Shown here one piece after another: positions 25,276 to 38,300 of a DNA stretch of 64,000 nt (the stretch's first letter is position 1; every line of letters begins with the position of its first letter). The notes beneath the pieces were generated by a model. The model searched no databases and was not told the origin of the DNA. It was given only the letters and a program-made list of their open reading frames with translations. Origin of the DNA: Octopus sinensis (taxonomy: Eukaryota); the NCBI RefSeq assembly GCF_006345805.1, contig NC_043003.1, positions 66,402,001 to 66,466,000 on the forward strand, in the 5' to 3' direction. A program made the position numbers and the translations under genes.

Positions 25276-25575
25276 AAATGAATAATTGAAATATAAGATG
25301 ATGGTGATATCGAACCAATTGCCTGCTTAAATTTGATAGGTAAGATATTAATAGCACTTATGTAGATTCCATTTTAAGTGAATTCCTTTGAAAAGCGTGC
25401 CTCAAGGTGACGACATGTTGGATGAATTTATTTCCTCTTTTTAATTTTTCATTTATTGCTTATCTGATTAACTTTCTGTGGATACACGTGTTAAGAAGGA
25501 GTGGAAAGGAGAGAGAATTGCGCAGGTATCGGAATACTTTGGCAAATTGGTGCTGCTTTCAAAAAAATAATATAT

Positions 25576-25635
25576 AAAGGCGGTGCTCCAGCATGGCCAC
25601 AGTCAAATGACTGAAACAAGTAAAAGAGTAAAAGA

Positions 25636-25638
<3 letters not shown>
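25576..25638 (+). mobile_element. SINE family B, isolated 3' tail
   Basis: aaaggcggtgctccagcatggccacagtcaaatgactgaaacaagtaaaagagtaaaagagta. Confidence 0.8.
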
Positions 25639-25680
<42 letters not shown>

Positions 25681-25868
25681 ATTGGGTTGTCGGAGAAATT
25701 CGGTTTTTTTCCTTTCAACTTGGCATTCGATCGTCACAGGTCTAAAAAAGGGATAAAATTGATTGGAATTTTAAAGTCAGTAAAGAAAACTTTGCAGAGA
25801 CGATAGTGTGACTGTGTGGTTCGGTTCCACTACGTGGCACCTTAGGCAGGTGCCTTCTACTACAACCA

Positions 25869-25930
<62 letters not shown>

Positions 25931-26078
25931 ATATAATATTTGCAAACACACCAGAAAATCTTTGTAAGTTACGGAGAGAAAGCTACAATGGAAAATATAT
26001 ATTATTATTATATATTGTTATTATACAGTTATTTTATATATATATATTCTTTTTTTCTATTATACATACTTATATATG

Positions 26079-26202
<124 letters not shown>

Positions 26203-26286
26203 GAAATAGAAAGATGAATAATCTTGTTGCAGATTGATCAAAAGTTTAACCGATACCTTCGTTCAACTCCATTTCTTCAATTCACT

Positions 26287-26356
<70 letters not shown>

Positions 26357-26405
26357 ATATATATATATATTTAAAATATAATGGACTACGATAAACGTAC
26401 TTTCC

Positions 26406-26587
26406 CTATTTCTTTATTACCCACAAGGGGCTAAACACAGAGGGGACAAACAAGGACAGACATAGGTATTAAGACGATTACATCGACCCCAGTGCGTGAC
26501 TGGTACTTAATTTATCGACCCCGAAAGGATGAAAGGCAAAGTCGACCTCGGCGGAATTTGAACTTCGACCTCGGCGGAATTTGAACT
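26406..26587 (-). mobile_element. SINE family A with a 23-bp internal tandem duplication
   Basis: tcgacctcggcggaatttgaact occurs twice in tandem. Confidence 0.85.
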
Positions 26588-26803
26588 ATGTACTTTCCGT
26601 GGTAATTCATGACAATGGAAAGAATTAAAATAAGGCGGAGGCGAAGAAATGAACCAACTTATCTGACAATGCAGAATAGCAAACGAATATATACAACATA
26701 AAACCATATAGAACCCTTCAATATGTGTGTATGTATGCATATGTATACATATGTCTATATGTGTTTATGTGTGCGTTTGTATGCATGCATGTATATATAC
26801 AAA

Positions 26804-26985
26804 TAGAAATATAATTAAGGTCTCCTAAATAAGGATGCCAAGTGCTAGGGACACAATAAAGGGATAAATTTATCGAGAGTGAAAATCAAATTTTTGTTTT
26901 TGATTGTCACTCTCGATAAATTTGTCCCTTTTTTGTGTCCCTAGCACTTGGCATCCTTATTTAGGAGCCCTTAATTATATTTCTA
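26804..26985. repeat. 182-bp foldback (87-bp arms, 4 mismatches, 8-nt loop)
   Basis: 26804-26890 is the reverse complement of 26899-26985. Confidence 0.9.
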
Positions 26986-27770
26986 CATGAATAATATTTT
27001 TCTATATGAATAATATTTTGTCTAATGACTAATTCGTCCTTTGTGCTGGGCCACTGGTAGTAATCTATATTATTACCCTTTTTGATTATATATATACATA
27101 TATACATATGTGTGTGTGTTCTAGAAAATAATACCAGAGAATTAGAAATGATGTAAGAAAGTGATACACGTAAAGAATACTCATTCCTAAAGTGTTGAGT
27201 TATTTAAAATAGATGATAAAGGAAAGAAAAAAAACCTGTGGTATACAGTAGGTCGATTACTGCAGATTCTTCCACCAGCATTCCTAGCAATATAATATAC
27301 TAGAGCACGGTAATCATAGTAGATAAAAACAGAAAGCACCAATAATTATCACAGTAATAAATATAATAGTCGTATTATCTCGTCGTCATATCACCGTTAT
27401 AATAGTCATCTCATTTCGTAAAAAAAAAAGGAGAGAGATTATCTCGTCTTCCATTTTACCTACTCCAAACATTGCAAGCAGATATGTTGTATTGTCTGTC
27501 TATGTTTATAAATACTGTAAACTAACTGTCTTTTCGATGTGGATGATTGAAAATTATACGCAATAGACAGCACACAGCTGGAGAATTTACTATGGTTGTA
27601 CATTGATGCAGCAGTTACTATCTGAATGGTTTGGGGCGGCTGTGAAAATTGTGGCAAAACGCATGAAAATCAACCCCTAAATGCTCAAAAGAATGTTGAA
27701 ATCAGAGAATCAGAACAAAAATACTTACACAAGATCTTGCTTTGCCTGGGGCCCTAAATATTTTGCTAGT

Positions 27771-27982
27771 GAAAGTGTGTAGCTTAGTAGTTAGGGAGTT
27801 TGGCTCTCGATCTTGAGGTCATGAGTTCGATATCGGGCGACGCCTTGTGTCCTTGAGCAAGACAATTTATTTCCGATTGCTCCAGCTCCCTGAGCTGGCA
27901 AATATAAGCAGTACCTTTTTTCAAAGCCTAATTACATTGTGTCACGCTCAGTTTCCCCTGAGAACTACGTCAAGGGTACGCA
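27771..27982 (+). mobile_element. tRNA-derived SINE family D
   Basis: tagcttagtagttag (A box), gagttcgatatc (B box), tgtgtccttgagcaagaca central domain. Confidence 0.7.
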
Positions 27983-28060
<78 letters not shown>

Positions 28061-28178
28061 TGAGAAAGTAACAGAAGAGAGGAATTTCGGTTGTCCCCAC
28101 GTGGTGGATTGTAATGTGTATAAGAAATTAAAAAAGGAAAATACGCACACTTACATTGTTATAGTATAATTTTTAATG

Positions 28179-28211
28179 TATCGACCGGTTTCGCAATCGC
28201 TATTCATGATA
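28179..28211 (-). ncRNA. Degenerate minimal hammerhead relic
   Basis: Minus strand TATC-aTGAAtA-GC[gatt]GC-GAAA-CCGG-TC-GATA; two core substitutions (C3A, G8U). Confidence 0.4.
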
Positions 28212-28415
28212 TAATGTTTAATTTATATGAAAATATATTTTTTCTTAAGAAGAAATATGGTCCATGGTGTTTGTAATGAAATTCACGACTGAATGATTTT
28301 ACAAGTTGACAAGTAAAGGGAGGTAATTGGTTGTTATTATTGTTATTGTTGTGTTTAAGGGAGATAACTGTTTAGGTTTTGGGTGGGGAATAAATGTGTA
28401 CAGAAAGGAGACAGG

Positions 28416-28452
<37 letters not shown>

Positions 28453-28971
28453 TATCCCTGCACATATACACATATATGTCCGTAGATGACCAAATTGATG
28501 TCGATAGAGACGTACGTACAATCGCGATTTATGCATACATTTCTAAGCTGATTTATGTGTGCAAATATTTCGATATGTCGTAGAAAGAATAGTATCAAAA
28601 ATAGGTATTCACATCACAGCATAGATATATACAGTATCCTATATACAATTCGTGATATTCCTAATGGTACGTAGAGATCTTAAAGCAACAAAGCAAATGC
28701 GATGAAATATAAATGCAATGCAATACAATAAATCGTAGCAAAAATATCGAAGTTCAGATGTATTCCTACTTTAGATGAATGAGTAATAGCTTTGATAGTA
28801 GTTAATAATAATCAATATTAATCAGTCAGATAAATTAGAATAAGTAGGTGTGAACAGTTGATTAAATCTTCATAAGTATGGTAAGCTGAATGATTATCGG
28901 TGTATTATAACATGAAGCAATACGAAATTACTGGATCCTATTTGAAATCAATAATATTCTTAACGCTATTA

Positions 28972-29169
28972 CAGGGACAACATCGATTTTCCGGAGCCTT
29001 TCCGGATTTCTGATTTTTCCAAACAAAGAGTGGTCACCTCGGTTAATACACTCGAAACATTGACTTTCCTTAAATAATTAAATGAAATACAGGACCTATG
29101 CATTAGCCTAAATTAGAACGGATTAGAGATTCCGGAATATCAGTGACCGGAAATTCGGTGTTGTTCCTG
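28972..29169. mobile_element. About 200-bp MITE, Tc1/mariner-pogo type
   Basis: 23-bp TIRs cagggacaacatcgattttccgg / ccggaaattcggtgttgttcctg (3 mismatches); TA at left end. Confidence 0.65.
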
Positions 29170-29191
29170 TTTTAATATTTGCATGTAAAGT

Positions 29192-29577
29192 AAGGCAACA
29201 AGCTGGCAGAATCGTTAGCACACCGGGCATACAATTTAGCGGCATTTCGTACTAGTTTACGTTCTGAGTTCAAATTCTGCCGAAGTCGACTCTGCCTTTC
29301 ATACTTTTGGTGTCGATTAAATAAGTACAATTTACGCACTGGGGTCGATGTCATCGACACAATCCCTTCAGCTGTCCTTGTTTGTCCTCTCTATGTTTAG
29401 CCTCCTGTGGGCAATACAGAAATAAATATTTAACGGCATTTCCTACTATTTACGCTCTGAGTCCAACTTCTGCCGAGGTCGACTCTGCCTTTCATCCTTT
29501 CGGAATCGATTGGGGTTGACATAATCAACTTCCTCGTTCCCCCAAAATTGCTGGTCTTCTGCCTTTTGTAGAAAGGA
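29192..29577 (+). mobile_element. SINE family A dimer
   Basis: Two successive ctgagt(t/c)caa..tctgccga.gtcgactctgcctttcat units with different 3' tails. Confidence 0.8.
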
Positions 29578-29600
29578 TTATTATTATTATTATTATTATA

Positions 29601-29658
<58 letters not shown>

Positions 29659-30122
29659 GAGTGACACTGGGGTAATATATACGAAGCCCAATATACCCAT
29701 CATGACTACCCGTCTGATAAGGGTACACCAGGCACATGCATCACAACCATATGTGCGCGATATTGTGATCTCCTATCAAGATAAACAGCACATGACTTTG
29801 CAGGTGGGGCCCAGTTAGGATTTTCTTCAGGTTGAGTAGCCCATCCCGCTCAAACGGTCCCTGAATAAGGGTTGTTTAAGGATGTTGAAAGAACCACCCA
29901 TGTTTCCAGAGGTGAATTATTCAAACCCCAAAGAATCCTTCTCAACACATGGGACATGCTCAACTGGTTAAGGTCAAACAACTGACAAGCAAATCTGTGG
30001 TATTGAGCAGTATATTTGCTGTAGCCCATCTTTTATACCAAGACAAAACAATGTACATGATAACACTTCCAATCAGTTAAGATCAGAAGCCATGAGAGCC
30101 ACTGCCTGGTACTGCATCAGGG

Positions 30123-30123
<1 letters not shown>
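29659..30123 (-). mobile_element. Family F, copy 3, in (ATT)n
   Basis: Homologous to 2252-2629 and 2717-3004. Confidence 0.8.
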
Positions 30124-30188
<65 letters not shown>

Positions 30189-30208
30189 TATTATTATTAT
30201 TATTATTA

Positions 30209-30248
<40 letters not shown>

Positions 30249-30281
30249 TATTATTATTATTATATTATTATTATTATTATT

Positions 30282-30745
30282 GAGTGACACTGGGGTAATA
30301 TATACGAAGCCCAATATACCCATCATGACTACCCGTCTGATAAGGGTACACCAGGCACATGCATCACAACCATATGTGCGCGATATTGTGATCTCCTATC
30401 AAGATAAACAGCACATGACTTTGCAGGTGGGGCCCAGTTAGGATTTTCTTCAGGTTGAGTAGCCCATCCCGCTCAAACGGTCCCTGAATAAGGGTTGTTA
30501 AGGATGTTGAAAGAACCACCCATGTTTCCAGAGGTGAATTATTCAAACCCCAAAGAATCCCTCTCAACACATGGGACATGCTCAACTGGTTAAGGTCAAA
30601 CAACTGACAAGCAAATCTGTGGTATTGAGCAGTATATTTGCTGTAGCCCATCTTTTATACCAAGACAAAACAATGTACATGATAACACTTCCAATCAGTT
30701 AAGATCAGAAGCCATGAGAGCCACTGCCTGGTACTGCATCAGGGC
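30282..30745 (-). mobile_element. Family F, copy 4 (near-identical tandem duplicate of copy 3)
   Basis: Only two differences seen versus copy 3 (gtttaagg/gttaagg; atccttctc/atccctctc). Confidence 0.85.
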
Positions 30746-30818
30746 ATTATTATATTATTATTATTATTATTATTATTATATTATTATTAGTATTATTATT
30801 ATTACTATTATTATTATA

Positions 30819-30855
<37 letters not shown>

Positions 30856-31266
30856 GTTATTATTATTGTTGTTGCTGTTGTTGTTGTTGTTGTTATTATT
30901 ATTATTATATTATTATAATAATTATTATTAATTATATATTATTATTACTATTATTATTTATTATTATTATTATTATATTATTATTATTATTATTATTATT
31001 GTTATTATTATTATTATTATTATTATTTTTCCTTCCTTCTTTAAATTTTCTTCCGTTACTCGCCGAGTGTTTTGTGTACACCTAGGGCAGAGAAACTCAT
31101 TGCATGCATTCCCAGATTAAACACGCAAATTCACAGGTAAAATATGTATTTAAAAAATTAATAGATAAATAAATTCATGAATGGACGTTGTTTTCACAGC
31201 GATAATACTCTTCTCAGTACATGAGTCGTTCCAGTTAACATGATTTTTAATTATTATTATTATTAA

Positions 31267-31303
<37 letters not shown>

Positions 31304-31327
31304 GTTATTATTATTATTATTATTATT

Positions 31328-31541
31328 AAGGCGACGAGGTGGTAGAATCATTTGCACGGGAGCAAATTGCTTAGTATAATTACCTCCTTCTAACGATCTG
31401 AGTTCAAATTCCGCTGAGGCCGACTTTGCATTTCATCCTTTCGGGGTCGATAATATAAGTACGAGTTGAATACAGGAGTCGATGTAATCGACCTACACAT
31501 TCCACGAAGATGCTGACCTTGTGCCAAAATTTGAAACCAAT
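31328..31541 (+). mobile_element. SINE family A
   Basis: aaggcgacgaggtggtagaatc...ctgagttcaaattccgc. Confidence 0.8.
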
Positions 31542-32108
31542 ATTTATAAATAGATTTGAAGCAAAACCACTTGTATATATATAAGCACAAATTGCTTGTA
31601 ATTAGTAATGTAATATATTTAGTAGAGACCAATATAAATGATTAAAATCATTAAAGATATACACTCAGATCAATAAACAGAATACAAACATCGACAGAGA
31701 ATTATTATTTGTAAACCCTACTGGAATGTTATGATATTACTAGCATGAATTCTGCTGTAATTAGGTTGAGTCAAATAACTTCCACACACACACACACAGG
31801 CAACCACACACACACACATGTATATATATATATATGGCTATCTGTCTACAATTGCATTGCATTCTTACTCTGATCATAATTATACTCTGCTTGTATTGTG
31901 CAATAATTAAAAGTCATTTCATGCTTCCATTCAATTATATATTCATTCCTTTTATTATATGGAATTCGATTCCGTCCTCTAATCTGAACTCTTAGATTTT
32001 CATATTGAACCTATTTCCAGGCGAGAGATATTGATTGCCTAGGGTTTGAATTTAAATGTTGAAGCACTTCAAATCATTTCTAACAAAATGTAATACTTTT
32101 AATGCATT

Positions 32109-32318
32109 CAGACTTTGGCACAGGGACACCAGGTTTCGATGGGAGGGCATAGTCAATTACATTGACCCCAGTACTTGACTGGTACGTATTTTATAGACTC
32201 CAAATTGATGGGAGGTTAAGTCTATCTCGGGGGAATTTGAAGTGAGAATGTAACGACGGGCGAAATGCTGCTTAGCATTTTCCCCGGCTTGTTACCACTT
32301 CACCAGCTCGCTACCTTC
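32109..32318 (-). mobile_element. SINE family A, diverged
   Basis: cattgaccccagtacttgactggtac...ggaatttgaagtgagaatgtaacg...ccagctcgctacctt. Confidence 0.7.
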
Positions 32319-32369
32319 AAAATATAAAACCATTAATATTAAGACAAGGTTTTATCACGCTAATTTAAA

Positions 32370-32627
32370 GGGTTAGCGACATTTCGACTGCTTTTGAACA
32401 CTTTGCGCAGTGTATCATTCAATAATGACGTGGAATTGAGGGCTTCGTTGGACGAATTCTTTGAGTCAAGACCAGAAGATTTCTATTGCTAAAGCCTCGA
32501 AAATATTATTGAACGATGGGGGGAAGTCGTAAGCAACAACGGAGAGGATATTATTGATGAATTGTTGTAGTTTCTGTATTTAAAATAAATTTGAAAAGAA
32601 CGCTTATGAATAATTCCTCAACCCAAT
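32370..32627 (+). mobile_element. mariner 3' fragment with right TIR
   Basis: FRLL.N.L..VSFNNDVEL..SLDEFFESRPEDFY..LENIIERWGEVVSNNGE.I; ends ...cctcaacccaata. Confidence 0.75.
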
Positions 32628-33239
32628 ACAAAATAATTTGAACAGAGAAACAGTTACAAGGTAAATATGTTTATCTTTTTCCTTAAGAGTTAAATTTTCA
32701 AAATTTGGAGAGATTGTGAATAACTTGAACAGCACAAGATGAAACTAGTGACATATGAAAGAAATTTCACTAAGTATAACACAGAGTGTAAAAGAAATTA
32801 AGAGTCTCGACGTAATCTAAGGAATGTAATATTTCTATTCTAGTCTTAAATTCGAATCGACATTTCAGGTTTTACTGTAAAAATGCCGAAGTATTTAGGA
32901 AGAATGCGCAATATAACTTTACCAACGCAAGTTTGATATCTCGTTCATTATTTCCAAATTCTGGTTTGGCGCCTTCGTTGATTATTGCTGTGAATATCGT
33001 CAAAATGTTCAGAATAAAAGGCTGGAGAAGCCATCAGAAATTTACGAGACCTGATCTAGATTCTTCCTCAACGTACAGAAAATGGTACCATTTTTAATAC
33101 CGAAATGAAAAATGCCAATATTTCTAGATCCGATTTCAGGTATACATTACACTTCATGGAGCCGCTTTTCCCGGACGCCCGAGTTACTTTAAGAATGTTG
33201 AAATAATTTTAATCTCGATTCTGTATTTTAAGAATGGAA

Positions 33240-33494
33240 GAAAGGTAATTCCAGACGTTTAACTTCTGGAACATATAAGTATTTCTGTTCACACTGGGAT
33301 AAAACACAACGAATTCAATTTTCAAGACATTTGTTTTGTTTTTTTCATTCAAAATTCAAGAAGAAACTTCTTACGTAATAGTTAGAGAAGATTTTACTCT
33401 TAAGGTGTTTAAGACCAGCTGGCAAGAACTGAAGATACCTATCACAATTGCTTGTTCTATCTCACCAATCATTTTCACCAAGATTATAAAGTAG
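33240..33494 (+). pseudogene. HERO-like (RLE clade) reverse transcriptase fragment
   Basis: KG.IPDV..LLEHIS and FTLKVFKTSWQELKIPITIACSISPIIF resemble the HERO motifs KGGIPG..CLEH and FTT.WQ.LEVGIAMGCSISPILF (from recall). Confidence 0.5.
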
Positions 33495-33653
33495 ATACTG
33501 AGAACTGTAAAATGCCACCAGCAAATAATTCTTCAACATCTCTCAATACCATCAATATTCAATGAAAATATAGAATTCCGAAGTTAGAGACAGAAAATTT
33601 GACTGGCAAATAATAGGCAGGTGTTTAAATGTGTTCACATGTTCACATACGTA

Positions 33654-33779
33654 CTCTCTTTTACTTGTTTCAGTCATATAGTAGAAGACACTTGCCCAAG
33701 GTTCCACGCAGTCAGAATGAACCCGGAACCATGTGGTTTGGGTAAGTAAGCTACTTACCACACAGCCACTCCTGTGCCT
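33654..33779 (-). mobile_element. SINE family B with the body deleted (tail fused to head)
   Basis: ttttacttgtttcagtcat joined directly to atagtagaagacacttgcccaagg. Confidence 0.75.
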
Positions 33780-34086
33780 AACCATAGATATAACATACAC
33801 ACATATACTTTTATAATATACATACATGTATACATAGTATACACACGCACATACATACTTCTGTATAATGATACCCGATCAAAATGTTGGTAGGTTTGTT
33901 GGTTGATTGGTTGGTTGGTTGGTTGGTTGGTTGATTTCTCTAGTCATGCTTTACATCATATAGATACAAAGATAAGAGAGAAATAAAGGAGTAAGCTCAC
34001 TAGGGGCAAGATGAGAATACATACTAGGATTGGTGGCAGGCAATGGGTTACACCAACGCGCGCGCACGCACACACACATACACACA

Positions 34087-35734
34087 GCTAATTTTACAAC
34101 TGCAACGGTAAAACAATCAAACATCTATTGTATATGGATGATCTAAAACTATATGCTACAAATAATAAACAGCTAGAAATATTACTACCGATAGTGCATG
34201 GATTTACCAAAGAAATAAACATGAAATTCAGCTTAGAAAAATGTGCCAAAGCAACCGTGAAAAGACGAAAAGTAGTTATGAGTAACAATATCACGGTAAG
34301 TAAAGCAAATGAAACAAGAGAACTAGAGCAAGGCCAGGCATACAAATACTTAGGATTCAGAGAACCAGATACAGTTCAGTACACACAAATGAAAGAGAAG
34401 ATAAGAAAGGAATACTTTAGACGAGTTAGATTAATACTTAAAAGAGAGCTCAATGCGAAAAAGAAGATAATAGGTATCAACACCCTAGCTGATCCAGTTG
34501 TAAAGTACAGTCACAATATTCTTAATTGGATTCTGTATGAACTAACCAAACTAGACAGGAATACAAGTAAAATTATGACAGAATTTAGGATGCACCACCA
34601 AAATCTGACATAGAATGTTTATATATACAATGAATTGACGGTGGTAGAGGCCTTATGCAACTAGAAAACTATTACAAAATAACCATGGTAGGTTTACAGA
34701 AATATATCATTGAGAAGCAAGGAAACACGAGCAAAACAAACAAAAAAACTGTTTTCTCTTTTTAAGGAAGCTCAAAAATACAAGAAGGAAACCATAGTAT
34801 CTGACAACCGTATGGAGAAAGAGGAAACAACAAAAGCTGTAAGTCAACTGAAACACAAACTGAAAGTGGAGCAACAAAGTATCATAATAAAACTCTGGGA
34901 AGAAAATACCTTACATGGCGGATACTGAGATAAGCTAAACAAAGTAAATAGACAAAATGAAATCCTAACAATGGTTGAAATGCTGAGGACTCAAAGCAGA
35001 GACTGAAGGATTTTTAATTGTAGCAGAAGATCAAGGTATCACCACCAGAAACAGATAATGAAGAAAACTACAGGTAACTGCAGAATATGTGGTGATGAGG
35101 GAGAAAAATAAGTCATTTTTTCTGTGGCTGCTCAATCTTGGCTAAGGAGGAATATATCCACAGACATGACAGAGTTGGGACATATATACACTGAAAGCTA
35201 GGCCAACATTATAGAATAACAAACAAAAAATTGATGGTATGGGGACACCCCAGGAAAGGTTTCAGAAAATGATTAATCAGCCATACCCTGAGATATGCCA
35301 ATATACACAGATAGAGAAACCAGATATAATTGTCACAGATCATAAAAAGAAAGATGCTTTCTAATCGATGTATCGATACAAACAGATGATAATGTATCTA
35401 TAAGATAAACGGAGAAACTTTCAAATACAACGATCTGGAAATAGAGTTAACCCGAATGTGGAGCCTAAAAACAGAAAAATCCCTATAATGATAGTTGTAT
35501 TAGGTGCAGTTTAAAAAAACATCAAACAATGATATAACCAAAACATTAGGATTTACGATTATATACAGTTGTGACATAGAAAGTAGCACTACTAGACGCG
35601 GCACACATTCTACGTAGAGCACTTCCAACACAATGAATATAACTGCACCGCAATAAACCACTGCACACAACCAAGGCACGCAGAGCTGTGCTCGGTGGTG
35701 TAGTGAAAGCACGTGATAAAAATAAGACTACTGG
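34087..35734 (+). mobile_element. R4/Dong-clade non-LTR retrotransposon, 5'-truncated, terminating in (TAA)n
   Basis: YMDDLKLY (34131-34154), YKYLG, KEKIRKEYFRRVRLILK.ELNAK, CRICG..E..HF.CGC zinc knuckle (35079-35131), PDIIV..CFLIDVS RLE, AHILRRAL, short 3' UTR. Confidence 0.88.
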
Positions 35735-35735
35735 A

Positions 35736-35747
35736 TAATAATAATGA

Positions 35748-35810
<63 letters not shown>

Positions 35811-35984
35811 TGAAGTATTAGTAGTAATAGTAGTAGTAGTAGTAATGATTATGATGATGATGATGATGATGATGATGATAATAATAATAATTATAATAGT
35901 AATAATAATAATAACAATAATAATAATAAAAACAGTAACAACAACAAAAACAACAATAATAACAATAATAATAATAATAATAAC

Positions 35985-36036
<52 letters not shown>

Positions 36037-36038
36037 TA
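35736..36038. repeat. Compound (TAA)/(TAG)/(TGA)/(CAA) microsatellite
   Basis: Direct reading. Confidence 0.95.
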
Positions 36039-36775
36039 CTGCTTTTGCGAATTGTATTATGTTGCTCCCTCTTAAGATGTATTTTATAGCTGACTGGAAT
36101 GACGGTGTCGAGTCACAGAATATAGATCCTATTTACTCATTCGCATGAAGCTTAGATCACATGACACATGGCTTCAGAAACTGATATACTGAAACGAACA
36201 AACGCCAACGCGTCATATGCAAACGTACATAGGCACATGTACAGAAAGAAATAATCATATTGGCGCATACATTGTCAAGTGTGTAGCAATGTGTAAGAAT
36301 AAGGAAAGGAAATGATGTGTGAATTACACCGAAGTCATTTATATTCTATAGAAAAGAATGGAAGGAATTCCAGAGAGTTATTCTAATGATAAATTGAAAC
36401 TGATGAAGTAAACGGATTCAGTTTTCCTTAGTTGAACCCAGAAATATACGGCAATAATACTGAAACATTATATGCCCTTCTTGACGCCCTGCAGCAAAAA
36501 GTTAGACTTGAACATGTATTTTATCTTTTATTTTTTATTTGTTTCAATCTTTGGTCTGCGACCATGCTAGGGCTGAATGTACACATGGTGGAGAATAAAG
36601 ATCTCCCATATTTGAAAGGGGTACCGTGGGGAAGTACGTTAAAGTAGAGACAAGAGAGAGGTTTCATTTGGAAGGGTAACATCTACCATTTTTGTATTTA
36701 TGAATAATTACTAAAAACCTTCTTCCTTTTTTAGATTCTTTTATTTTTCTATTCATCATTAATTACTCAAAATCT

Positions 36776-36952
36776 TTGACTGGAGAAGTAGGGTGGCTGA
36801 CAAGGCCACCAGATTTAAGCCCTTGTCCCCTTTTCCTTTGGGGATGCATAAACGAAAAAAAATTCCGACAACGTCCTCGTAGATTTGAGGATTTGATAGA
36901 AACGATTCATGAGGAAATCAACGCAATACCACTTGAGATGACACGGAGAGTT
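36776..36952 (+). mobile_element. Tc1/mariner-superfamily transposase C-terminal fragment
   Basis: W.TRPPDLSPCPLFLWG..EKKFRQRPRRFEDLIETIHEEINAIPLEMTRRV. Confidence 0.75.
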
Positions 36953-36957
36953 ATATA

Positions 36958-37007
<50 letters not shown>

Positions 37008-37028
37008 CATATATATATTATAATATAT

Positions 37029-37059
<31 letters not shown>

Positions 37060-37085
37060 ATATATATATATACATATATATAATG

Positions 37086-37152
<67 letters not shown>

Positions 37153-37217
37153 TATATATATATATACATTATATATTATATACATATATATATATATATT
37201 TAATATATATATTATAT

Positions 37218-37247
<30 letters not shown>

Positions 37248-37249
<2 letters not shown>

Positions 37250-37789
37250 CTTTGATACTTTGATACTTTGATAGGTTTCGGCCATTATTGGCCCAGGCCA
37301 TGTCTAACTTAATAGCACCACCTGGTGAAGTCTTTCAAGTCAGAATTTGGGCACCATGGCCCACTCAAGTAGAGAGTTATTGTTTACAGAGACATATCCG
37401 GGTGTAGGGGGTTTATCCGGGATTTCTTGAAGGAATCTGTCCAGAGACTTCTTGAACCCTATAGGGTCAGTTTCTGTTTTAATGTGTTTTGGTGTAATGT
37501 TAAAGAGAGCGGGGCCAATTGAGGTGAAATAATTGTTGTTATGAGATGGGAGTGCGATTTTTGTTTTGGGCGGATGGCACGGGGCCCAAGCCTTGGATGT
37601 ACCTTAAAGGTGATGCCAACATCATTTGGGCAATGCTGATGGAATATTTTCCACATCATGCAGATGATGTAGCGCTCACGACGACGTTGGAGAGAATAAA
37701 GCTTTAGCTTTTCTAGTCGACCCCAATAGTCGAGGCCTGTCATGCCATCTATCTTTTTTGTGATTGCCCTTTGAGGTGCTTCAACTTCT
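37248..37789 (-). mobile_element. CR1/L2-group LINE 3' end with (TCAAAGTA)n tail
   Basis: EAPQRAITKKIDGMTGLDYWGRLEKLKLYSLQRRRERYII..MWKI..HPRLG; tail gccgaaacctatcaaagtatcaaagtatcaaagta. Confidence 0.85.
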
Positions 37790-37842
37790 ATGATACATAT
37801 ATATATATATATATATATATAGATATATATATATATATATAT

Positions 37843-38140
37843 GGAGGCGCAATCGCCCAGTGGTTAGGGCAGCGGACTCGCGGTCGTAGGATCGCAGTTT
37901 CGATTCCAAGACCGGGCGTTGTGAGTGTTTATTGAGCGAAAACACCTAAAAGCTCCACGAGGCTCCGGCAGGGGGTTGGTGGCGATCTCTGCTGTACTCC
38001 TTCGCCGCACCTTTCTCTCACTCTTTCTTCTGTTGGCCTGCTCGCTTAGCCAGCGAGATGGCGTCATTCGAAGGCTAAAACAATGCGAAACGCATTGTGA
38101 CCAGCGATGTGTAGCAACATCTGATAGACTGGTCGGTCAG
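37843..38140 (+). mobile_element. tRNA-derived SINE family C, full length
   Basis: tcgcccagtgg (A box), gtttcgattcc (B box), A-rich end, flanked by (TA)n. Confidence 0.8.
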
Positions 38141-38142
38141 AA

Positions 38143-38185
<43 letters not shown>

Positions 38186-38250
38186 TTTTATTTCCTCCAC
38201 CTCACTCTCTATTTTATATCTTATCTAAATTAACTATTTTTAAACTATCC

Positions 38251-38300
38251 TCTCACACTGATGAAAGGATATCATAACTATCTTGGAAACAGCTGTAAGA
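38251..38300 (+). ncRNA. Hammerhead-like motif, GUA site, intact core, stem I out of register
   Basis: tctcaca-CTGATGA-AAGGATA[tcataac]TATCTTG-GAAA-CAGCTG-TA-AGA. Confidence 0.5.

Noticed and set aside
37843-37915. tRNA-like sequences (also at 15058, 27771, 40934, 58880)
   Set aside because: A/B boxes are present, but they continue into SINE bodies and no complete cloverleaf with an acceptor stem was found; they are SINE heads.
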